From the NCBI GenBank assembly GCA_918797485.1, contig CAKKNE010000003.1:3472001-3536000 (forward strand): a stretch of DNA of 64,000 nucleotides, read 5' to 3'. Below the pieces are notes generated by a model that did not search any database, was not told the origin of the DNA, and saw only the letters and a list, made by a program, of their open reading frames with translations. A program made the translations under genes and the position numbers. Of the stretch, positions 1 to 9,977 are shown piece by piece; position 1 is the first letter of the stretch, and every line of letters begins with the position of its first letter. Source of the DNA: Pelagomonas calceolata. Taxonomy: Eukaryota.

Positions 1-798
1 GTGCTTCGCCCCCCGCCCATTGTAGGGCACCGCGTAGCCGCCCCGGAGCAATTTCCCACCAACATCCTCCCCGTCGACAGACACGTCGCAGAGGAGCCGG
101 AAGTACTTGTCCGGCGCGCAATTGTCGAGGGTCGTGTTCCTGCCTACTACCATCGATACAAGCTTATCACGAGCATCCAAGGCCAGGCACTTCTCCAGGG
201 GACATTGAGCACCTCGCAGTTCCGCGGCGTCGATGCCCCGGAGGCGCACGCCCATCGTCGCGAAGACGTCGGGCAGACCGGGCAGCGCCACTCGGCACGT
301 GTCCCCGTCGTGGCACCTTTCCACGACGGCGTGGAAGCGGCGGCCGTCCCACGACTTTGAAGCCGGTCTTTGCGCTGGGAACTTCAGGCGCAGGCCCAGC
401 GCTATCACAAGCGCCCAGCACGCTCGTCTCAAGTTCCGCGACGGGAAGGTCACGTCGAGGGCGAGCGCGTGGAGCCACACCGGGAGGGCCCAAGCTCTAC
501 GCTTCGGCACGCGCAGCCACGCCAGTGCCCGATCGAGGCCGTAGGCCACCGGGACGTAGACAACGGAGAGCCACGCCGCAAGTTTTGCGAACCGCGCGAC
601 GGCCGCGAGGACCAAGATTACCATGGACAGTCTGCCCAGGCGGCCCGTCCGCGCTTTGTGTGTCGCGTGCACCGCGCGCCACAGCCAGTCGACGGGCAGG
701 AACCGCGTGAGGATGATAATCACAGATGGGGCTGAGGCAATCGCAACGTTCCGCAGGCCGCGCGCCGTGAGGCAGCCCTCGCCGCCTCCGTATGGCAT
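1..798 (-). CDS. Staphylococcal nuclease (thermonuclease/SNase-like) protein with hydrophobic N-terminal region; 3' end runs off the window
   Basis: Not in the ORF track because there is no stop in the window. Manual minus-strand translation from ATG at 798 gives MPYGGG...CHDGDTCRV...GVRLRGIDAAEL...DKYFRLLCDVSVDGEDVGGKLLRGGYAVPY, matching the SNase DGDT, RL.GIDA.E and DKY.R motifs. Confidence 0.85.
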   Translation of the reverse strand, partial: MPYGGGEGCLTARGLRNVAIASAPSVIIILTRFLPVDWLWRAVHATHKARTGRLGRLSMVILVLAAVARFAKLAAWLSVVYVPVAYGLDRALAWLRVPKRRAWALPVWLHALALDVTFPSRNLRRACWALVIALGLRLKFPAQRPASKSWDGRRFHAVVERCHDGDTCRVALPGLPDVFATMGVRLRGIDAAELRGAQCPLEKCLALDARDKLVSMVVGRNTTLDNCAPDKYFRLLCDVSVDGEDVGGKLLRGGYAVPYNGRGAKH

Positions 799-1081
799 GG
801 CGGCTTCCGTGCGCACCGCGCGCGTGGCCGCAAGTGATTTATGCGGGCACACGGGGAGCCGTAGCCTGATGAGAGCGGGAACATGTTGTGAGCTCGGCGG
901 ATTCGGGCCTCGGCCGAGCAGAGGACGGCGTAGCTCCGAGCCTTCCCGGGACGTCTTCCCGACCGGTCGCCCGCGAGGGTTGCGAAAGGATTTTCATATT
1001 CAAATCATGTTTGGCGCTCTCACTGTTCCAAAAAGAGCGGGCTGCCCCAGCGCATATACTCGCTGCCGAGACGCAGACCGG

Positions 1082-2272
1082 ATGTCGGGCAGCAGCAAGA
1101 AGTCACTCAAGGCCGCCCTGGCCCTCGGCGGCGGCCTCGTGACCGTGGGCCTCATGGCCGCCATGCTGACCGATGATGATGGGCCGCCGGAGGATGTGGT
1201 CGACGGCGTCCAGTCGACGATGAACGGTCTGGTGGACAAGGCCGGCGGCGCGGTTGCGGCCATGGCGGCTTCGGTGGGGGAGGCGGTCAAATCGTCGCTC
1301 GGTGGGGTGCTCAAGACCTCGGCACCGGCGCCTTCGAAGACGAAGAAGGCCAAGAAGCGCAAGACGAAGACGAAGGCGGCGGCGAAGGCGCGGAAGGCGC
1401 GCAAGCGCGAGGCCAAGGCGGCGAGGGCGACGGTGCCCGTCACGCCGCCGAAGAAGACCCCGGCCGCGCGCGAGGAGCCCGTCGTGCCCGAGGCCGCGCC
1501 GCCCGTCGTGGATGCGCCGGTGCCATACGCCGTCGGCGCGCGCGTCGAGGCGCGCTGGGCCGGGACGTGGTACGGGGCCGTCGTAGAAGAGCTGCACGCC
1601 GACGGGAGCTACGAGGTCGAGTGGACCGACACGCCCAACGTCTTCAACACGGTCGCGGCGGCCGACGTGCGCGCCGCCGAGGACGAGCCAGTGCCGCCGC
1701 CGCCGCCGGAGGCCGAGGAGGAGGCGGCGCCCGCGGCCGAGCCGCCCGCGCCCGCTCCGCCCGCCGCCGCGGACGACGAGGCCGGCGAGGAGGAGCCCGA
1801 GGAGGAGCAGGAGCCCGAGGCCGCGGACGGCGAGGCGCCCGCGGCGGAAGAGGCGCCCGAGGCCGCGGCCGCGGACGACGAGGTCCAGGGCCTCCTCGAC
1901 GGCGCCGCGCCGCGCGTCGTCGTCGACATGCTCCTGGCCAACGAGAGCTTCAAGATCGCCTTCGACCAGGAAAATCCCAAGCGCCCGGACTCGGCGTCCT
2001 GGACGCGCTACGAGGCCTACAAGGCGGCGACGTGCGGCGAACAGGTGCTCGAGCTGGGCGGGTCGAAGAGCGACGTGCTCCACGACTACAAAAAAGGCTT
2101 CCTCCGCGTGACGCGCTGCCCGGCGATGATCGCGTACGACCTCGACCGCGACGCCGTCGCCCCGGAGGAGCCGGTAACAACGGGCCGCCCGGCGCGCCGC
2201 GCGCCGAAGCGCGAGCTCTTCGTCGCCGAGTCGGCGACGGTCGACAACAAGAAGCTCAAGGGCGCCGAGTGA
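1082..2272 (+). CDS. Protein with Tudor/Agenet-like domain and C-terminal NPKR..S..RYE.YK domain of unknown function
   Basis: Likely ATG at 1082 (MSGSSKK). VGARVEARWAGTWYGAVVEELHADGSYEVEW is Tudor-like. Lys-rich and acidic linkers. Confidence 0.65.
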   Translation: MSGSSKKSLKAALALGGGLVTVGLMAAMLTDDDGPPEDVVDGVQSTMNGLVDKAGGAVAAMAASVGEAVKSSLGGVLKTSAPAPSKTKKAKKRKTKTKAAAKARKARKREAKAARATVPVTPPKKTPAAREEPVVPEAAPPVVDAPVPYAVGARVEARWAGTWYGAVVEELHADGSYEVEWTDTPNVFNTVAAADVRAAEDEPVPPPPPEAEEEAAPAAEPPAPAPPAAADDEAGEEEPEEEQEPEAADGEAPAAEEAPEAAAADDEVQGLLDGAAPRVVVDMLLANESFKIAFDQENPKRPDSASWTRYEAYKAATCGEQVLELGGSKSDVLHDYKKGFLRVTRCPAMIAYDLDRDAVAPEEPVTTGRPARRAPKRELFVAESATVDNKKLKGAE

Positions 2273-2354
2273 GGTCTCCTCTCCTCCTCGTATAACTAGC
2301 CTGAGCCCGTGCTAGCTGTTCACGAAAACGCGCTATCTTACACACACAACCTCC

Positions 2355-4061
2355 TCACCGGTCCGACCCCCCCATACTCACCACCCGATCCTTTTTCGGA
2401 GACCCGTAGAGCCGCTCGAGCGACGGCCCCGTGGAACCATAGGCGTACCGTTCCGGTTTCGTACCTTCCAGCGCCAGCAACGCCGGACTGAACACGGCCC
2501 ACGAAGCATCTAACTCCTCGACGGAGACAAAGTTCGTTGCATCGCCGCGAAGCACCTCCAACACTAACCTCTCATAAGCGTCCGGCATGTCCTTCACTTC
2601 GGTATGCGTGTACATCAAATTCATCCTTCTGGGCTCCACTTGGAGCTCTTCGAGACCGGGCACTTTATTCGCGACGCGCCAGTAGACGCGTTCATCGGGT
2701 TGGACCCTTACCACAAGTTCATTCCTACAAGCACCTCTGAGTTCAGGCACCTGGCACGGCGCCTCGCGAAACACAATCCTCACTTCGACCTTCTTCTCCT
2801 GCAAGGCTTTCCCGGCCGTCAAGATGAACGGGACGCCCGCCCAGCGCGGCGTGTCCACGAACAGCTTGCAAGCGGCAAAGGTCTCCGTAGTTGTTTTTTT
2901 ATTTGTGATGGACGAATCGTCCGCATACCCGTCGTACTGGCCCCGGACCACATCCCTACTATCGAGCACCTTGCAGGCCCGCAACGCTCTAACTTTCTCC
3001 CGCCGGACGTCGTCCGCCTTGAGACTGAGCGGTTGCTCCATGGCCACCAGAGCTAACAATTGCGCTAAATGGTTCTGCGTCACGTCCCGGATAATACCAT
3101 ACGCGTCAAAATAACCCCCTCGCCCCTTACAATCCACTTCTTCGAGGCAGCAAATTTCCACGCGCTCCACGAACCGCCGACTCCAAACTGCTTCGAAGAT
3201 GGCGTTGCCAAATCTCAAAACTAACACGTTCATCACCAACTCCTTGCCGAGGTAGTGGTCGATGCGGTAGGCCTCGTCCTCCCTTAGCAGCGATGCGAGT
3301 TCTCTGCATAACGAGGCGCACGATTGCGCACATTTCCCGAACGGTTTTTCCAGAACAAAACGGTCTCGGCCCGTTTCTGAACGCAGGCCGCCCTGAGCTA
3401 AAGACCGGCAGATCCTCGAGTAGAGGAACGGCGGCACGGCCATGTAGTAGACGCGCACGCGCCTTCTATCTTGCCTCGGTATCACAGGTACGGGAACGTC
3501 CTCGTCCGAATCGTCCGACGAGGCAAACACCATGCGGCTCTGGACGCTTCCTCGGTGCTGGAGGGGCTCGTCGTCGGACGCGCAGTCTCCCAGGATTTGT
3601 TTTTGTTCGAGCTTCGCAAGCAATGGCGCGAGCCGCTCTCTCACATGTTTAGCATCATCAAATTGCCCCGAGCAGTAGTGCACGCGCTGCAGGAATCGAC
3701 GACGTTCCCGTTGCGCGTGCGCCGACGAGTAGATCGCTTTATACACGATATTTTTTCTGAATTCTTCGGTATTCATAACCTCGCGCGCGTAGCCTACTAT
3801 AACGATATCGCGCGGTAGTAACTTCTTCCGCCACAATGCAAATAGTGTAGGAAATGTTTTTTTGGTGGCGAGGTTGCCGTCGGCGCCGAAGAGGACGATG
3901 CTCGAGAACTGAGGTTCATTGCTGAGAGTGGTTACGGTATCGGGCGGCGCGAGCCGCGCTTCGAGCTCCTTGACTCTTTCTCGTAGTCTTGCTATTTCTT
4001 TGTCGCTCTCTGTGGGTTCCGTCGTGACCTCGGGCGGCGGCGGCGCGCTGCTGGTGCTCAT
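2355..4061 (-). CDS. G6PD: Glucose-6-phosphate 1-dehydrogenase
   Basis: LFGADGNLA Rossmann motif, EKPFG, RIDHYLGKE, GRGGYFD and DAYERL motifs. Confidence 0.95.
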   Translation of the reverse strand: MSTSSAPPPPEVTTEPTESDKEIARLRERVKELEARLAPPDTVTTLSNEPQFSSIVLFGADGNLATKKTFPTLFALWRKKLLPRDIVIVGYAREVMNTEEFRKNIVYKAIYSSAHAQRERRRFLQRVHYCSGQFDDAKHVRERLAPLLAKLEQKQILGDCASDDEPLQHRGSVQSRMVFASSDDSDEDVPVPVIPRQDRRRVRVYYMAVPPFLYSRICRSLAQGGLRSETGRDRFVLEKPFGKCAQSCASLCRELASLLREDEAYRIDHYLGKELVMNVLVLRFGNAIFEAVWSRRFVERVEICCLEEVDCKGRGGYFDAYGIIRDVTQNHLAQLLALVAMEQPLSLKADDVRREKVRALRACKVLDSRDVVRGQYDGYADDSSITNKKTTTETFAACKLFVDTPRWAGVPFILTAGKALQEKKVEVRIVFREAPCQVPELRGACRNELVVRVQPDERVYWRVANKVPGLEELQVEPRRMNLMYTHTEVKDMPDAYERLVLEVLRGDATNFVSVEELDASWAVFSPALLALEGTKPERYAYGSTGPSLERLYGSPKKDRVVSMGGSDR

Positions 4062-4211
4062 GGTGGTGCAGCGGGTGTTGTACGTCTCAGCGTTGCGGCG
4101 AAGCGTTGCGGTTGCTGCGGGCACCTATCACGCGCGCCCTTAACGCTAATTTTGCACGCCCAATCAGCTGTTCTCGGCGCACTTCAGGCCGTACAAAGTC
4201 CTCTTGTGCTT

Positions 4212-4235
4212 GCTAGTGTCTTACATGCCGCTAGC
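4212..4235 (-). promoter_or_regulatory. CTAG-bounded upstream motif copy
   Basis: GCTAGTGTCTTACATGCCGCTAGC between divergent G6PD and the 4425 gene. Confidence 0.65.
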
Positions 4236-4424
4236 AAAATTACGTGCGACGCCCGGCAGCTGTCCACCGAGGGCTCGACGAGGCCTGACGGACGCGTCGC
4301 GGACGGATCCAACCCTCTCCCAACCCGCTCGATTATTCACACATCATCGCGTCAATCGTCGAGCTTTTCGGCCCGGGAGGCAACGTCTGGAGCTACGGAG
4401 CTGCCGAGCAGTGCGTTTGGGAAG

Positions 4425-5244
4425 ATGGCGCGACGACTGATTGTCGCGCTGGCCCTGAGCACCGCGTCGGCCCTCGTGGCACCCGTCCCCCTCGCCTCGA
4501 CGGCAAGGCGGCAGCGGCCCGTCGTCCGGGACCGTGCGGAAAGCAAATATCGGGCGCCCAACGCTAGCTGTTGTCTTCGTGGCTGCAACTGCTCGATGGC
4601 GTGGAGGTTCCAGGCCATCGACGCGCCGTCGTCGCCGCGACCGCGTCACTCACCTATCAAAATCCACGCAGGTCCAGGAGTCCTTCGGCTTTGATTTTGC
4701 GGAGGACCAGGCCGAGAACACGGCCGACGGCATCCTCGGAGAAAGACGCCTCAAGGAGGAATTCATTAGGAGCTACAAGCCGACGGCGACGGTGCTCGAA
4801 GGGAAACCGTACCCGGTCTTCCAGGAGGTCCAGGAGAAGCGCATCCTGAGCGCTACCGTGAACTCCGGGCTGCTGCAGTCTTTGGACAACCTCGGTTTAG
4901 GATTGGGAGACGTCGAAAAATTACTCCCTTTCCTCGACAAGTTCGGCCTCATCGGTTTAGTAAGGAAGAACCTGCCGCTGGCGATCATCGCGACGGGCTA
5001 CCTGCTCATCGAGCCGGCGCCCTTCCTCCTGCCCGTGCTTGGATTATTATTATCCATCCCCACGGCCGCGTGGACGGCGGTCGCCGCCGTGACGACGGGC
5101 GCGGAAATCTACCTCAACGCCTTCGCGTCCTTCGAGGACGCGGGCCTCGTGTCGCTGTTGCTGGCGCCGCTCCTCCTCATCGCGGGCGTGCTCAGCCTCG
5201 TGCCGACGGCGATCGGGGCCATCAAGAGCCTGCCGCCGGTGTAG
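4425..5244 (+). CDS. Plastid-targeted membrane protein, DUF1118-like; two exons (intron ~4524-4671)
   Basis: Signal peptide plus ASA-L motif (MARRLIVALALSTASALVAP) splices in frame to VQESFGFDFAED. C-terminal hydrophobic helices. Confidence 0.65.
4524..4671 (+). mobile_element. Introner-like intron
   Basis: GT...CACGCAG with near-duplicated boundary GTCCGGGA/GTCCAGGA. Shares GGAAA.CAAAT.TCG..GGCGC and GCTCGA.GGCGTGG with the 26381-26560 element. Confidence 0.6.
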
Positions 5245-5383
5245 GTCGGATGCGGGGAGTAACGGTCTTAGGCGGTATGTACGTCGAGTCTTCGCATGCG
5301 TGCACCAGTCGCCCGCGGTGGGGTTACGGGCGCGGCACCGGTCGCCCGTCGACGACGGGGTTCGTCTTTCGCCGCTGCGTTAG

Positions 5384-5839
5384 GCCCGCGCGGCAAATCG
5401 CGGCGTCGTCGTCGCGCCGGACGCGGCGCGCGCGCAGACGGCGACGACGTCCAAGTTCTGGGGCGTGACCTGGGACAAGCCGGCGCGGCGGTGGAAGGCG
5501 CAATACACCGACGCGAACGGCAAGAAACGCCACCTGGGTCTCTTCGACACCCAGGAGCAGGCCGCGCACAGGGTCAACGCGGCTATTCGCAGGGCGGGGC
5601 TCGAAGGCCACCGTCGCACGAACCCGGTCGTCGACGGGCAACTGGTGCCCAAAAAGCGCAAGGCGAATGGCCACGGACCGAAGGCGTTGCGCAAGCGCCG
5701 CCGCGAGGAGGCCGCAGCCGCGCCGCCGCCGCGCGCCCGCCGCCCGCGCCGCGCGGACAACGACGACTCCGAGCCCGACGCCGACGACGACGAGGACCTC
5801 GAGTTGGCGCCGCCCGACGACGAGGACGGCTGGGACTAG
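5384..5839 (+). pseudogene. 5'-truncated AP2-domain gene copy
   Basis: SKFWGVTWDKPARRWKAQY...HLGLFDTQEQAA is an AP2 domain. In-frame TAG at 5381 and no ATG. Preceded by an inverted AP2-tail fragment (5324-5405). Confidence 0.55.
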
Positions 5840-5882
5840 AACAGCCTAAGAGAACCCCCATCGAAGTATAAACAACAGGACA

Positions 5883-8003
5883 TTAGGAGTACCCGAACGG
5901 ATAGTCCGGCGCCGGCGCCTCCTCCTCCACCTCTTCCACGCGGAGCGCCCCGGGGTCCGTCGCCGCCTTCAACGCTAGCCGGATGGCGCGACTGGCGGCG
6001 CGCTCCGACGCCCGCGCCAACACTTCGATCAGCGCCGCCCGTAGCGACGGCGCGTCGTACAGCGACTGGGCCACGGGCTGCACCTTGCGAGCTGCTCTCG
6101 TAACACTACCGATGTCGACGTCGCCACCCTCACCATCCCCCAACAAAAAGTCTCGAGCAGCTAATAAAGCGGCGGCCGCCGGGGGCGCCTCGCCCTCCTG
6201 GTGGCCATTCAGAAAGTCTGGAGGTTCGGGCAAGTCCAGTCCCGCGGCTGAGGCCACGTCTAAGGCTACACCCACACCCAGATAGTCCAACGCATCGGCT
6301 AGATCATCCACGAGCTTCTCCCGGAGCGGGCCCGCGCTTTCCTCCGTCAATGCTGTGATGAGATAAGCGGCGACGGCGGACGCGTCGTATTCACTGGACG
6401 AAGAAGCTCGGTTCAGCAACGCCTCGAAGCGGCGCCATTGCGGCTTCTGGTCCTTGAACAGGAGGTTCGTGAGGGCTCGTCGCAGTTCGGGAGCCTCGTC
6501 GGTCAGCAGGCGGGCAGCGACGTACGGGTAAGCATCATTAACAATTCGGAACCCAGGATCCACCTGTATAGCGACGCCCTCGAGCACGCCCAAACACCTT
6601 ATAATAGCGACGTAGAACGGCGGCAGCGCGAAGGGGAACGTGTACATGACATCTCCCAGTCGCGAGGCCACGTTTTTTACATTCAATTCACTGACAGGAG
6701 CATCCAAGACGTCCGGCAAGGCGTCCTGCAGGCCGCGCACGATGGGCTTGACGTCCGTGCCCGCCTTGATGAAGCCCATCCTTACATACAAGTCGGCCAG
6801 GGCCTCGAAGTCGCGATTCACGAGATGAACCACAGCCTCGATGATCGAGACCCTTTGACGCTCTTCCAGATAGGACATCATCCCGAAATCCAAGTAGCAC
6901 AACCTGCCATCATCTGTCGCTAATAAGTTGCCGGCGTGCGGGTCGGCGTGGAAGAAGCCGCTATCCAACATCTGCCGCAGACTACACTGTACCAAGGCGT
7001 CTACCAATCTCGTACCAGCTTTATCGTCGCCCGTATACACGGCCAACTCGGCCCCGTCCACCAATCGCGTCCCGTCGACCCACTCCATCGTCAGGACTGT
7101 GGAGGTCGTGAGCTCGTCATATATCTCCGGAACTCGTATCGTATTCTCGTAGCCCTGATATAATTTAGCGAACTGCCTCGCATTTCTCGCTTCGGCGCGG
7201 TAGTCGATCTCGCGGTATATTAATGCTCCAAAATCATCGACCACTGAGACTAGGTCTAGGTCCCTTCCAAACGCGCGCACGAAGAACGACGTGCCGAGCC
7301 GCGCCCACCACCTTAACACGAACAGATCCAACGCGACGACGCGCTCGCAGTCCGGCCGCTGGACTTTAAGCGCGACGACTTTCCCGTTCCTTAATCGAGC
7401 CTTGTAGACCTGACCGATACTTGCAGCAGCTACCGGCTCATCCACGAGCAACGTGAAGACGTCCGTGAAATTCCTTAAACCGAGAGACGCCTCGACCCTC
7501 CGTAAAGCTTCGTCGGTGGGAAAGGCCGGCACGCGGTCCTGGAGCTCTTGGAGTTTCCTGAGATACTCTGCTGGGAGAAGGTCTGGTCTCGAGGCCAATG
7601 CTTGCCCGCCCTTGATGACGGCTGGTCCTAAATTGGAGATGAGCTCCAGCAACTCCGACGCTCGTTGCTCCCTCCTCTGGAGTTCGCAGTTCATGGCCCG
7701 GTCACTGATTATTGAGGCGATAAAGCCGGCCAAAGGGAAAAAAAGTTGCACATTTCGTGTGAGCCATCGTCTCGGTTGTCTTGTTAACAACTTCTGGGCC
7801 TTGTCCGGATCATATCTAATCTCGGCCTCGGCTACCGGGTTCTCCGGTTGTTGGGTGGGGAGGTCCGTGAGCGCCGCGCGGAGCCTCGTCAGCTGGAGTG
7901 AGTCTCGGCCGCTCAAGGGCGGCGGCGGCGCGGCACGGTGGCGCGGCGCGAGGAGCGCTGCGGCTTGTGTGGTGAGGAGCGTGGCGAGTAAGCGGCGCGC
8001 CAT
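5883..8003 (-). CDS. ABC1/UbiB-family atypical kinase, probably plastid-targeted
   Basis: LGPAVIKGGQ, AAASIGQVYKA, VALKVQRP, FFHADPHAGN and LDFGMM motifs. Confidence 0.93.
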   Translation of the reverse strand: MARRLLATLLTTQAAALLAPRHRAAPPPPLSGRDSLQLTRLRAALTDLPTQQPENPVAEAEIRYDPDKAQKLLTRQPRRWLTRNVQLFFPLAGFIASIISDRAMNCELQRREQRASELLELISNLGPAVIKGGQALASRPDLLPAEYLRKLQELQDRVPAFPTDEALRRVEASLGLRNFTDVFTLLVDEPVAAASIGQVYKARLRNGKVVALKVQRPDCERVVALDLFVLRWWARLGTSFFVRAFGRDLDLVSVVDDFGALIYREIDYRAEARNARQFAKLYQGYENTIRVPEIYDELTTSTVLTMEWVDGTRLVDGAELAVYTGDDKAGTRLVDALVQCSLRQMLDSGFFHADPHAGNLLATDDGRLCYLDFGMMSYLEERQRVSIIEAVVHLVNRDFEALADLYVRMGFIKAGTDVKPIVRGLQDALPDVLDAPVSELNVKNVASRLGDVMYTFPFALPPFYVAIIRCLGVLEGVAIQVDPGFRIVNDAYPYVAARLLTDEAPELRRALTNLLFKDQKPQWRRFEALLNRASSSSEYDASAVAAYLITALTEESAGPLREKLVDDLADALDYLGVGVALDVASAAGLDLPEPPDFLNGHQEGEAPPAAAALLAARDFLLGDGEGGDVDIGSVTRAARKVQPVAQSLYDAPSLRAALIEVLARASERAASRAIRLALKAATDPGALRVEEVEEEAPAPDYPFGYS

Positions 8004-8194
8004 CGTCCTCCGCGCGCCCCGCTATAGCAGGTGCTGTCCCTGTGTACTTTGCTTGTGCTTGATGAGAGCTCTTCCAGGCGCTCAGTGCGTAGCGCGCGGC
8101 ACCGGCGGGTACCGAAAGACACTCCGTGCCACTTTTTACGCGCCGGTCGGGTGCGCAGCTGCCAGGGAACCGAGAAGAGCAGGGCTGAGCAAGT

Positions 8195-8217
8195 GCTAGT
8201 ATGTACACGACGCTAGC
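8195..8217 (-). promoter_or_regulatory. Degenerate CTAG-bounded upstream motif copy
   Basis: GCTAGTATGTACACGACGCTAGC between divergent genes. Confidence 0.45.
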
Positions 8218-8418
8218 GGCGTTCGGCCGCGGCTCTTGGCGTTTTAGCCCTTAGGAACGCGCCGAACACGCTTCAGACCTGGGCAATAAACCAAGACGAC
8301 CCGCTGCGCCGTCGAGCAAGTCGCACATATCACCCGCGCGCGCCACCAAACCTCCGGCAGCTTTTTGCCCGCGGCAGCTTTTCCTACACGCCGTGCGCAC
8401 CGGTAAACACCAGCACCG

Positions 8419-8874
8419 ATGGCCGCCCAGCAGCAGCAGCCGCGCGGCATCCTCAAGAACAAGCACGAGGCCGGCAATAGGCCCCACCTCACCTGGGACG
8501 AAGAGACCATCGCGGAACACGACAAGGAGCGAGGCACGCGCATGAAGATCGACGAGCCGGACACGCCCTACGCGCGCTACGACCCGGCCGAGGACCCCGA
8601 CGTCGTCCAAGGGGCTTCGCCGCTGAGCCCGCCGAAGGAGCTCCAGCCCGTCCGGTCGACGTCTCTAGATGATCACTTAGGTGATCTCTCCGAGAAATTA
8701 GCTAGAGCAGCAACCGATTCCGAGAAACCGCGAGCAGCCTTGTTCGTCGAGGAGGAGGAGCGAGACGAAGCGAAGGCCCGAGCCTTCGCTGCCAAAAGAC
8801 AGCAGCACTACAACATGGCGGGACTGCTGGGCAGGAAGTGGGACGAGGAAGACGAGATGGAGGACGACGACTAA
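8419..8874 (+). CDS. Protein phosphatase 1 inhibitor 2 (IPP-2) family
   Basis: GILK, LTWDE, MKIDEPDTPY and FAAKRQQHYN motifs. Confidence 0.9.
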   Translation: MAAQQQQPRGILKNKHEAGNRPHLTWDEETIAEHDKERGTRMKIDEPDTPYARYDPAEDPDVVQGASPLSPPKELQPVRSTSLDDHLGDLSEKLARAATDSEKPRAALFVEEEERDEAKARAFAAKRQQHYNMAGLLGRKWDEEDEMEDDD

Positions 8875-8885
8875 TGACTGTGTTT

Positions 8886-9425
8886 TTATCGACCTACTTT
8901 CCCTAGGGCAGCGTTCGTCTTCGGGTTGGCCACGAAGTTCTGCCCTTTCACGAGCACAGAATTGATGCCGTCCTGGAGCTTGCGCAGGTCCGACACGTAG
9001 AAGAGGCGCAGCGCGTCCTTCGGGTCTCCATTTCCATTCTTCGCCGCGACTCGTGCACAGGCACTCGTGAGGTCGTCGGCGCCCAATGATGCACAGAGCT
9101 TCGACACGCGGCTTTCGTCGACGTCAGCCTGCTGCGGCTTCGCCGCCTCGTCCTCGAGCTCGCATTTGACGGCTTCGTGCAACAACCAGACCAGCGCTTG
9201 CGACGGTTGTAACACGGGGCACTCGAGCTCTTGCAGATAGCTTTGAAAAGCGGCGTCGAACTCGACACCAGCCGTTCTCAAGGGCTTACGCTGCTCGATC
9301 TCCCACAACCGGATCTTCCGGTCTTCCACCCAGCTCACGAGCTTCGCGACGGCGGCGGCGTCGCCCGCGAATGGGAACGGGTACTCGAGCGCGTCCAGTA
9401 ACCGCTGCACGACGGGCGTCGCCAT
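8886..9425 (-). CDS. RTRAF/CGI-99 (C14orf166)-like protein
   Basis: [22 protein letters not shown] and C-terminal [33 protein letters not shown]. Confidence 0.85.
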   Translation of the reverse strand: MATPVVQRLLDALEYPFPFAGDAAAVAKLVSWVEDRKIRLWEIEQRKPLRTAGVEFDAAFQSYLQELECPVLQPSQALVWLLHEAVKCELEDEAAKPQQADVDESRVSKLCASLGADDLTSACARVAAKNGNGDPKDALRLFYVSDLRKLQDGINSVLVKGQNFVANPKTNAALGKVGR

Positions 9426-9680
9426 GAGTGGCGGTTGCGGTCGCGGCGGCGATCGCTGCGCTGCGGCTACGTGGTGTCGCCGCGGCGATAGCGCGCGGTC
9501 TTCGCCTCTGCGCTCGGCGAGGGTGCAAGTGCGGTGCTCGGCGACGGCGCACGAATGCGAGCTCGCTCCGCAAAAAGGCGTGCAGCCGGCGCGCTCGCGG
9601 CGTGGACAGGGATGGTGCACGTGTAGTTACGGCTTTTTGGCCTACCAGCGGCAAAAACTCGTAGCAGGCAGGCAATGTTA

Positions 9681-9704
9681 GCTAGCGGTCAGTAAGACAC
9701 TAGC
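9681..9704 (+). promoter_or_regulatory. CTAG-bounded upstream motif copy
   Basis: GCTAGCGGTCAGTAAGACACTAGC between divergent genes. Confidence 0.65.
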
Positions 9705-9977
9705 AACAAGCAGAGCAGCGGCGGCTTGCTCGGCGTGTTGCGGCCTAAACGACAGGCCCACAGCCCCTGACGAAGGCTAAGCATCGCTCTGGTCCGAGCA
9801 GCACGCTGTCGTAGCGCGTAGCGCCGCCAAGGCATCACACCACACCACCCTGCCAAAAACCACTGCCAAAGTGTACGCAGCGCTACGCGGCGGGGCGCCA
9901 GTACTCGAAAAAAAGGCCGTCCTCACACCGCGCGTCGCTGCCAGCCGCAAGAAACCGTTGCCAAAAGACCGCAGAGC

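Noticed and set aside
2296..2316. CTAGCCTGAGCCCGTGCTAGC, two CTAGs resembling the promoter motif
   Set aside because: It lacks the TAAGACA core and lies between convergent genes.
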